Assembly: GCA_008632985.1 (NCBI GenBank)
Contig: QPGO01000040.1
Coordinates: 439,719 to 503,718 of the forward strand
Length of the DNA: 64,000 nucleotides
Origin: Psammoneis japonica
Taxonomy: Eukaryota
Direction: 5' to 3'
Shown: one piece after another, positions 50,792 to 60,854 of the stretch
Position numbering within the stretch: position 1 is the stretch's first letter
Layout of the letters: each line of letters opens with the position of its first letter
Notes under the pieces: model-generated
The model's input: the letters and a program-made list of their open reading frames with translations, nothing else
Told to the model about the DNA's origin: nothing
Databases searched by the model: none
Translations under genes and position numbers: made by a program

Positions 50792-52995
50792 ATGAAAATG
50801 GGAAACGCCGCTTTGCTCGTCACCTTTTTGCTGATCCTGCAGTCACCTCGTGTTTATGGAAGACAGTGGTGTCCCGTTTGGCCCTTTCGATGTCCTCCGA
50901 CAATTAGCGAACAAGAACGCACCGATCTGTGCGATGCGTATTGTAACGAGTTCGCTGTGGCATGCCCCAATGTGGATATAACATCTCTTGCCATATCCAG
51001 TGAGAAAGCTACTGGTTCTCCCGTCAGTCACAAAGAATGTGTTGCAAAATGATGGATTCAAAAATGAAATTCGATGGAACGCCCCAAGACTTTGACAATG
51101 TCGATAGCATTCAATGTCGAATGAATCATGCGCGAATGCAAATCCAACAAAAGGACTTGGCAAGCTCCGACCATTGTCTTCATGCCATGATTCGTGGTCG
51201 ATCACGGTGTGATCCGAAGAACCCTGAAGCGCGCGCCATGACCGTTCTCTTTGATATCGGCCGCAGCGTGTTTTATGATCCTTTGGGCAGTACGCTTACA
51301 GCGGTGAATCGATTGGCGAGCTATGCTGTGGGCGCTATCTATCTATCTGCTTTTCGAGAACGGCTGCTGGTATCCTATCCCTATGTGGAGATTCCAGACG
51401 AAGATGTGACTTGTTCCGATCCCGAAGACACTCGGTTCCGAACGGCAGATGGTTCGTGCAACAATGTGGCCATGCCAAAGATGGGAGCCACCGGAACGCA
51501 AGTGAGTCAGTCGTTTGATTGAACACATGCGATTGCCTCGTAATCGGTTAATTTTCTTTTTGCTCCGTTTCTTCTTTCTGTTTTGTTTAACGGTCAGTTC
51601 ATACAACTCTTTCAGCCGTCCACGCGACAGGGACTTCCGAGTCCCGAAGCGGTTGCAGAGATTATCAAGAGACCAGAGTCATCAGTCCGCCCGGAGCGAC
51701 TCGCTCCCTTTTCGCAACTTGCGGTCGCTTGGATTCAAATGATGACACATGATTGGTTCGCACATTCTCCCAATGATCCCGGCAAAAATCAAGTGTCGCA
51801 TTGGTGGGATGCCTCGCAATTATATGGTTCCAAAGAAGATCAGGCGACACCGCTCCGTTTGGACGATGGCAAGCTGCATCTGGATATCAATCAAGAAGTA
51901 GATTACGAGGACGGCAGCAACATTCCTCGTACAGGATTTACAGACAATTGGTGGGCAGGTCTGCACGCCATGCACACTCTGTTTATTCGGGAACACAACT
52001 ACATTGTGGACCAATTGGAGGCGCAGTACAAAGGAATGTACGATGAAGAGGAGAAGTATCAATTGGCACGCCTCTCGGTGTCGGCCCTCATTGCCAAGAT
52101 TCACACTGTGGAATGGACACCAACCTTGCTGGATAATGATGTTTCGACCATTGCCCTAGAGACGGCGTGGTGGGGAATCGAGTCGGCGATTAAAAAATAC
52201 GGAAGTGAATTCTTGTTTGATCTGGGCTTTCCTTTACTTGGCGACTTTGCAACGCCGCACGCAGGATCCCACTCGACCGAAGAAACCTTGTACAATACAA
52301 CCTTTCAAATGACCGAGGAATTTGTGGCTGTCTATCGCATGCATCCCCTTCTTCCAGACCACATAAAAGTTCCGGACCCAGCGACGGGAGGAACCAAAAA
52401 GTTTACGTTGAATGAATTGGCCTTTGCCGATGCCCGGCAACTTGTTGAGGAAAAGACCACCCAATCCTTCTTGGAAGGGTTTGGCAAGACTCCGGCGCGC
52501 GCAATTACCTTGCAAAATTATCCACGACAATTGTACGGCCTGGAAAAACCGGGCATGCCTCGCATTAACCTGGCCGCCATTGACATTCAGCGAGACCGAG
52601 AGCGCGGTCTTCCTCTTTACAATGATATGCGCAGACTGCTCTTATTGGAACCCTATGAGTCGATTGATGATTTGACTAGCGATGCAAACGATCGTAAGTT
52701 GCTTAGATCCGTCTACAACGACATTGAAGAAGTCGACCTCATGGTGGGCAGCATGGTGGATCAACAATTACCTTCTGGCTTTGGTTTCGGCATTGTTCCA
52801 TTCCGCATCTTTCAAGCGTTTGCCACGAGAAGGATTTATAGTGATCGATTCTTCATGCAAGACTTTAAGAAAGAGGTTTACACAGAATGGGGTTTCAATC
52901 ATGTGCAGACGGAGACGTTTTCTTCCGTGATTGCTCGGCATTATCCCGAGCTAAAGTCCAAAATGCCCGAGAATCCATTCATGAATTGGGCATAG
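50792..52995 (+). CDS. Secreted heme peroxidase-cyclooxygenase superfamily protein, alpha-dioxygenase-like, with N-terminal Cys-rich domain
   Basis: RTADGSCNN, WIQMMTHDW, HWWDASQLYG, TLFIREHN, AKIHTVEWT, EEFVAVYRMH and RDRERG motifs. Intron 51502-51597. One base missing at ~51051. Confidence 0.9.
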
Positions 52996-53097
52996 CTTAG
53001 TTCGAGCAGTCGATTAGAAAAGTGATGGTATCGCAATAGAGTCAATCAATGTTAGTCGTGTCGAGTTGAGCCATACGGTACGTGAAAAACTATCTGG

Positions 53098-53680
53098 CCG
53101 AACCCATCCTAGAAGATAGGATATCACTTGGAGAAGTCAAAGAGCATGCTTGGCTCAAACAGCATCACACGTGGTGCAACGAGGAGAACGGTCCTTGCAT
53201 CAACAGCATTGATGGGGAGTAAAAGGTTGTGATGGAAATAGCGCGGTCACAAAAACGCGAATACATCGTCACGTATACTCATTAGTCATGGTACGGAGAA
53301 AAGTCCGGTTTCGTTGCTCGGTAGATTGATGTACCGTAGGTCCTATTTGCCTTTGAGTTGAACTGCCGGTCAGTTATGCTCGCAAAGTATGCCCACAATG
53401 CCAGTAAGCTATTCGTGTGTCAGAAGCTTCTCTTGGTTCCGCGTTTTCTGTACGGTGTCTTTGGATGACAAGTGGGTTTGTTCCACTTGTATTCTTAGTA
53501 AGAAAGCAGTGTCGCAAGCTCAACGAAACAAAAGGAGCCCGACGTTGTTCATCTTACAGCAGCAATCTGCCAGGGCTTTCAAGGATGGGTCTTCAGGTCC
53601 TGCTCCCATAAAGGAACATGACAAATCTGCCTTGAAAAGAGTTGAGAGGATCTCATGACAGAGTAATAATCTTTTAGCAT
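53098..53680 (+). repeat. Duplicated fragment of the kinase 3' end and downstream region (partner ~48578-49175)
   Basis: GAAGATAG.ATATCACTT.GAGAAGTCAAAGAGCATGCTTGGCT occurs at ~48591 and ~53113, with continued collinear similarity. Confidence 0.8.
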
Positions 53681-53689
53681 GACAAGCGA

Positions 53690-55695
53690 TTACTGTATAT
53701 AAAATTGCGAACTGGCATACACAATGCCTCGTCCATCGGGCAGGCGAATCTTGAATTCCGCCAAGTAACAACCAGGTCCACCGAGATGGTTGTACCGCAG
53801 TTCCGGTTTGAACACCCAATTGCCTTTTTTTGAAAAGAGACGCAGTTGTGCATTTGTGCGCCATGGCCTGTCTTCCTTTTCATCACCAAGTTTTATAATG
53901 CGATGTACCCTTGGCTCGAGTCCGACCAGGTCGTCCGTCACCAGCTCGTTCGCGCAGGTCTTCAACCGAATCTTCAAAGCCAGCCTCGAAACGTTAGTGT
54001 GCGTGGCTCTGCTCTTTAAGTACGATGGGCATGATGAGAACCTGTATCGAGGCTTGGAACGAATGCGGAGTCGGCCCATGGGTGGCTTGCCAATGACTCG
54101 CAGACGATTGTGGTCGGCATTGAACGGACAAAGGTCGCAAGCGTCTCCAATGCCGTCGCCGTCGCTATCCTTTTGATCCGCATTGACCACCGACGGACAA
54201 TTATCCACGTTGTCCTGCACACCGTCGCCGTCACGATCGTTCTTTGACAGCTCCAACACAAAAAGCTTACGCCCTTGGCCATCATCGGCAGTAAAGTACA
54301 GCTTGTTGTCTTCAATGGGGGTCAACAAACGCGGAGAAGATTTCGAATCCTCGTCACCCGGTTGGAGATCCAGTACAATTTCCGTTTTGTGACGCAATGG
54401 ATCGTGAACCCAAAGCTCAGACCCATGCTTTTTATCGCTTGCACTGAAAAAGAGCTTTCTATCCAATGGAGTTAACCGTGATGGGTTGGACGACTTTTTG
54501 CCGAAAAAAATATCGCGCACCATTTGCGTTTTTCCAACAACAGGATCATGTACCCAAAGCTCCGATCCGTGCGTGTCTGTCCTGGCTCTGAAATACAGCT
54601 TGCCATTCAAAGGTGTTATAGACTCTGGGACCGAACTATCTCTACCAGGACGAATGTCCGTGACCATTTCCGTTGTGTCACTCGCTGGATCGTGAACCCA
54701 AAGCTCCGTTCCGTATTTGTATCCATCCGTAGCTGCAAAGTACAGCTTTCCATCCATGGGCACAAGTTCCAGTAGAAAGAAAAACGATGATTCGGAACCC
54801 GGCATGATATCCTTGACTATTTTTGTGATGCCACTGGATGGATCATGTACCCAAAGCTCCCTTCCGTGCGCTTCATCCGCTGCGCGGAAGTACAGCTTTC
54901 CATCCATGGGGGTCAAGCCCAGTGGAGACGAAGATTCCTCACCAAAATAGATGTCTTTTATCATTTCCGTAGTGAGATTCAAGGGATCATGTACCCATAA
55001 CTCCCTTCCATGAATCCCATCATCCACAGTAAAGTAGAGTTTACCGTCCATTTGTGTGAAATACAATGGAAACGAATTACCGCTTCCGGGATGAATGTTC
55101 TCTATCATTTTCGTTTTGCCACGGACCGAATCGTGAACCCAATGCTCATTTCCGCGCTTTCCGTCGTTTGCAGAAAAATACAACTTGTCATCCACAGCTG
55201 TCAAACCCCCTGGATCGGAACCCTCGCTCCCAGGGTTAATGTCTTTTAACATTTCTGTTTTGCCAGTACTGTAGCGGGATCGTGCACCCAAACCTCCGAA
55301 CCCTCTTCAAACTCTCCATAATTGAAAATTTGACTGGAAATAAAGTACAGCTTTCCATTCATAGGTACCAAATCGCTGCTTCCAAAAACATCAGGAGAAA
55401 AAGTCTCTCTGACATTTGCTGTTGTGTTGAGTACGGGGTCGTGCACCCAAAGATAACCTCCGTACCTCTCATCAACAGCTGAAAAGTAGAGCTTGCCATC
55501 CATGAATGCCATTTCTTGCGTGGGCTCCAAGGTGGTTACTTGATTGAGCTCAAAGGACAAAGTTTCTGTTAACTGACGATTGGTTTGCTCTTCCTTGTTT
55601 CGCAGACGAATCTCCTCGTTCGCCAACGGAGTGCGAAGAACTTTTTTTGCATCAGCAATGCAGAGGAGCGTAACAAAGCCCAACAACAGCAACAT
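53690..55695 (-). CDS. Secreted ELWxxDGT-like repeat (beta-propeller) protein with thrombospondin type-3 repeats
   Basis: About 8 repeats of GKLYF.A.D..HG.ELWVHDP, then [27 protein letters not shown]. Signal peptide. Frameshift near 55270. No introns seen. Confidence 0.85.
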
Positions 55696-56464
55696 TGTTT
55701 GAAACGAAGCGTCTCGGAGGAGAGAGCTTAGAACATGTGCTTCTGAGAAAAAAAGCTGTGTGTTGCGGCGATGTTTGCCAAACGCGGTTGCGGGTTGAGA
55801 GTTCTGTTCTTGTTTCATAAGTCTCAAAGGACATTTTTCAATTGCCCTTCAGAATGACTTAACGAAATAATCGAGGCAATGATGAGCTCTTGCGGTTCAC
55901 TGCTCGTCATTTGTTGGCAAAGTCCGATGAGCGCCGTTTTGTAAGGAAGGCACAGTTTGCACTCGTCGGACAGATCATCGGTGGCAGCCGGAAGGGATGA
56001 GGTGGGGGATGTAACTTGCAACAAAGAGTCAAACGAAAAGCATCCTTTGAGATCACTTCAAACAAAACGACGAGCTTCTGCAGACGAAACCACCTCTCTG
56101 CCATTTGGTGTCTTGAACTCCGCTGCATGACAACCCACACCACCAAGCTTTTTAGAATCTGCTTTAAAGACCCAGCTTCATTTCTTTTTGGAAAGCTTCA
56201 GTTTTCCATCCAACAAACCAGCATCCTCAACCACACGGTTGCCACCAACTTTTGCAAGGCGCGCAGTTGCCAAGACCCTGTCGCCCGCAAGTGCGCCATT
56301 CCCCGATTTTTTGCAAAGTGAGGTGCAACAATTTTTTTTTTGTTTGATGTTTGTTGCATTCAAACACTTAACCCTGAGTCATGATGCATCATTTTCAAAT
56401 TGTCATGACATCAATGAGGCGTTCACAGGGCCTTTGTTGTCTCACATTTTTCCCTTCGCCGATG

Positions 56465-56675
56465 ATCTTGAATTCTGCCAAGTTGCAGCCAGGTCTGCTG
56501 AGATGGTCATGCTGCAGCTCTGGTTTGAACACCCAATTTGAACCCAAGTTCATTTCTGCACTTTCTGTCATTTGCACAAAAATGCAACTTCTTGTCACCC
56601 ACACCAGCTGTCAACCCCCTGGTGGATCAGAGCTCTCGCTCCTTCAGAGTTGATGGCTTGTTCCAGGGTTGAGTT
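56465..56675 (-). pseudogene. Internally deleted, hypermutated relic of the ELWxxD-repeat gene
   Basis: 56470-56538 matches 53752-53820 and is joined directly to 56539-56670, which matches 55134-55238. Confidence 0.75.
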
Positions 56676-57480
56676 GTGCACATGGACATGCAAACATTCA
56701 TTTTGGCCCATTTTCACAAGGTGCCAACTTACAACAATCTCTTTGACAGCAGCAAAAAAAGCTTGTTTTTCATGTGCTGTCAAAAATGGGTCTTGAGGTT
56801 TTGACCCCATCAAAGAATGCAACAAGTCTGTCTTGAAATTGAGTTGAGTTGATTTTCTGCCATGGCTGATGGCTGGAAACCCATTTTTTACAATGCACAC
56901 TGGGCACTGGCCACTCCCACTCTTGGTGCACTGATGAGAGTCATTGTGTGGGCCCACTTGTTGGCAGTGACACTTTCTTCCACTTCACCTCCAACCTGGG
57001 TGCCCATGCCCCACACCCACTCCCGCCATGATGCTTGCTCCGACGAAACAAGGCAAAATGGAGAAACAGTTTGTGGCCCAGGCAAGCAACACAGTGGAAG
57101 AGCCTGGCACACCCAAGTGCATGCAGCAGACTGGGTTAAAAGCCAAGATCCCTGGGACTTGATGAAGCAACGTGGTGGCACAACATCCAAACAGCCAACA
57201 GAAGAAGAGAAAACATGAGCCTGCTGCACAAAACCAGTTTTGAGGCCCAAACACATTACATTCGATCATTTGCAGCATGAGACAACATTGTTTTGTCTCT
57301 GGACAACAAAAAGTGGCAATGAACAACATCAAAAAATCCATTCTTTAGAGATTTCAATTAAAAAAAATTCCTCCAACATGTTCCCGTGGCCATTTTCACA
57401 CATCGGTTGTTTTGATTTTCCTTTTTTGTGATGAACAAATAAAAGCACATCTCATTGAAGCCTTTCAACTTTCAACCAAC

Positions 57481-59640
57481 CATGACATGGGAAATGCTGT
57501 GTTGCTTGTCACTTGTTTGCTGATCCTGCAGTCACCTCGTGTTCATGGAAGACAGTGGTGTCCCGTTTGGCCCTTTTGATGTCCTCCGACAATCAGTGAG
57601 TTTGCTGTGGCATGCCCCAATGTGGGTGTAACATCTCTTGCCATGTCCAGTGAGAAATCTGCTGGCTCTCCTGTCAGTCACAAAGAATGTGTTGCAAAAT
57701 GCATGGATTGAAAAATGAAATTTGATGGAATGCACCAAAACTTTGACAATGTCAACAGCATTCAATGTCAAATGAATCATGCGCAAATGCAAATCTATCA
57801 AAAGGACTTGGCAAGCTCCAACCATTGCTTGCATGCCATGATTCATGGTCAATCACAGTGTGATCCAAAGAGCCCTGAAGCACGGCCGTGACAGTTCTCT
57901 TTTGTGTCGGCAGCAGCTTTTTAATGATCCTGAGGGCAGTGCCCTTGCTGCTTTAAATCGATTGGTGAGCTGTGCTGTGGGCGCCATCTGTCCATCTGCT
58001 TTTCAAGAATGGTTGCTGGCATCCTGTCCCTGTGTGAAGATTCCAGACAAAGATGTGATTTGTTCCAATCCCAAAGACACTCGGTTCCAAACGGCAGATG
58101 GTTTGTGCAACAATGTGCCCATGCCAAAGATTGGAGCCACCGGAATGCAAGTGAGTCAGTCATTTGATTGAACACATGCTCCATTTCTTCTTTCTGTTTT
58201 GTTTGATGGTCAGCTCATGCAACTCTTTCAGCCATCCACACAACAGGAACTTCCGAGTCCCAAAGCAGTTGCAGAGATTGTCAAGAGACCAGTCGAATGG
58301 ATTCAAATGATGACACATGATTGGTTTGCACATGATTCTCCCAATGATCCTGGCAAAAATCAAGTGTCGCATTGGTGAGATGCCTTGCAATTACATGGCT
58401 CCAAAGAAGATCAGGCAAAACTGCTCCATTTGGACGATGGCAAGCTGCACCTGGATGTCAATCAAGAAGTGGATGATGAGGACGGCAGCAACATTCCTCA
58501 TGCAGGATTTACAGACAATTGGTGGGCAGGTCTGCACGCCAAGCACACTCTGTTTGTTCAGGAACACAACTGCAATGTGGACCAATTGGAGGCGCAGTGC
58601 AAAGGAATGTGTGATGAAGAGGAGAAGCATCAACTGGCATGCCTCTTGGCATCAGCCCTCATTGCCAAGATTCACACTGTGGAACAGACACCAACCTTGC
58701 TGGATGATGACATTGCAGCCATTGCCCCAGAGACGGCATGGTGGGAAATTGAGCTGGCAATTAAAAAACATGGAAGTGAGCTCTTGTTTGATCTGGGCTT
58801 TGCTTTGCTTGGTGACTTTGCAACACTGCACACAGGATCCCACTTGACTGAAGAAACCTTGTGCAGTGCAACCTTTCAAATGACCAAGGAATTTGTGGCT
58901 GTCTGTTGAGTGCATCCCCTTTTTCAAGACCACATGGAAGTTCCGGACCCAGCAACGGGAGGAACCAAAAAGCTTGTGTTGAATGAATTGGCCTTTGCCA
59001 ATGCCCAGCAACTTGTTGAGGAAAAGACCACCCAATCCTTCTTGGAAGGGTTTGGCAAGACTCCAGCATGTGCAACTGCCTTGCAAAATTGTCCACAACA
59101 ATTGCACGGCCTGGAAAAACTGGGCATGCCTTGCATTAACCTGGCCGCCATTGACATTCAGCAAGACCAAGAGTGCGGTCTTCCTCTTTACAATGACATG
59201 TGCGGACTGCTCTTGTTGGAACCCTGCAAGTCAATTGATGATTTGACCAGTGATGAAAATGATCGCAAGTTGCTCAGATCCATCTGCAATGACATTGAAG
59301 AATTCAACCTCATGGTGGGCAGCATGGTGGATCAACAATTGCCTTTTGGCTTTGGTTTTGGCATTGTTCCATTCTGCATCTTTCAAGCTCATGCCACAAG
59401 AAGGATTTATGGTGATCAATTCTTCATGCAGGACTTTAAGAAAGAGGTTTGCACGGAATGGGGTTTCAATCATGTGCAGACGAAGACGTTTTCTTCCGTG
59501 ATTGCTTGGCATTGTCCCAAGCTGAAGTCCAAAATGCCCAAGAATCCATTCATGAATTGGGCATGGCTCAGTTCAAGCAGTCAATTAGAAAAGTGATGGC
59601 ATTGCAATGGAGTCAATCAATGTCAGTCATGTCAAGTTGA
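57481..59640 (+). pseudogene. Nearly full-length hypermutated copy of the peroxidase gene, with intron and flanks (block F)
   Basis: Collinear with 50791-53070. In-frame TGA stops, small deletions, catalytic YRMH changed to C*VH, retained intron. Confidence 0.95.
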
Positions 59641-59699
59641 GCCACGCAGTGCGTGCAAAACTGTCTGCCCTTTTGTTGCAACACATGTCATCTCTAAAC

Positions 59700-60460
59700 T
59701 GCTCAGCCGGTGACATCTGATTTGCTCCGCCATGTTGGGCCACGCATCAAAGCTAAAGGCACACAGTGGCAATGACAGCCCGCCAAACACACACCTGGAA
59801 GTGACTCAGTTGCTTTGCAGTTGCAAAACACTGCAATTGTCGAGATGCCCGATTTCAGGTGGGTGAGATCTGAAACAAATGCACCCCCTTCCTGGCATGA
59901 GTTCAGAGGTGACCCATGTCTGCAAGAAGTCAACAAGACTGCACAATGTGGCTAATCCGGCTGTTTGCATTGACACAGCCTCCCAAGCACAGCTTGGAAT
60001 TCATCCAGGCACAGCAACAGTTCAAGTCCAAGACAGATGGCTTCTTGAGATTGGCGCACTCAACGGGGATCTTGGCAAGACCATGACATGCATGAAGGCT
60101 CAATGATTGAAGGTCGTGCAATTGTCCAACACCAATGGGTGAGGTCCAAAGAGAGTCAACCTCGACCATTGGCTAAACTCTGCGGGCAGCTGTGTGCATG
60201 AAACAATTGTCAGCAACACAAGCTGACCAACTTCCGGGACAGACGGGTCAACCCATCACCATCCCAGCTCAAGAACTTCAAATCGATTGAAAAAGCTGAT
60301 TTCAGAAGGCCATTCAACCATTTTATTGCAATGCTTGAGGTTGATGTCTCGGGAATTCATGAAGACTTTGCCTTCATCTTCTGCACTGAGGAGTTGAGAA
60401 GTGGTGTTTCGGCAGCTGTTGCGAGTGCTCCAAGCAAGCCATCCGAGAAATCGCCCCAGA
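59700..60460 (-). pseudogene. Decayed LRR gene relic
   Basis: Fragments GQLHDLQSLSLHACHGLAKIPVECANLKK and INLKHCNKMVEWPSEI in CG/TA-depleted DNA. Confidence 0.6.
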
Positions 60461-60854
60461 GGTTCATTCGGCCGAGACTGAGACAGTGACAAGTTTTAGT
60501 TTGAGCAGAGACACAGCACTGACCACATTGTCAATCGCGAGGCGAGTGAATCGAGATGATGGACGCTGTGCCTTGTTGACAGAAGAGATGCCACTGCAGT
60601 TGCAGTCCGCGTCATTTTCAGAGACCAGATCGTGACTCGGTCATCTTTTGTAGGGTCTTCTTCATTGTACACATTATTTAGACCCGTCGTACTTTGTACT
60701 TCAGATATTTTTTTAAATTAAGCCCCTTCGGTCGGACTTTTTTCAAATCACAAGGTCTTGGGGTCTTGGGTCTCTCTATCTAATGCTATGTAAAAGACCA
60801 AAAGCAACGTCCAGTAACATCCACATCATCACTCTTTTGCAACTATCAACTGCC

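Noticed and set aside
54380..55460. Regularly spaced DNA repeats resembling a CRISPR array
   Set aside because: They are the in-frame codons of the ELWVHDP protein repeat, are degenerate at synonymous sites, and no cas genes are present.
58385..59596. TGA read-through, selenocysteine or an alternative genetic code making the second peroxidase functional
   Set aside because: Catalytic Tyr and conserved Arg residues are destroyed and deletions are present. Neighbouring genes translate normally with the standard code.
57481..59640. Classical fungal RIP as the explanation
   Set aside because: RIP is C->T (mainly CpA->TpA), raises TpA and typically affects both copies. Here TpA is lost and only one copy is changed.
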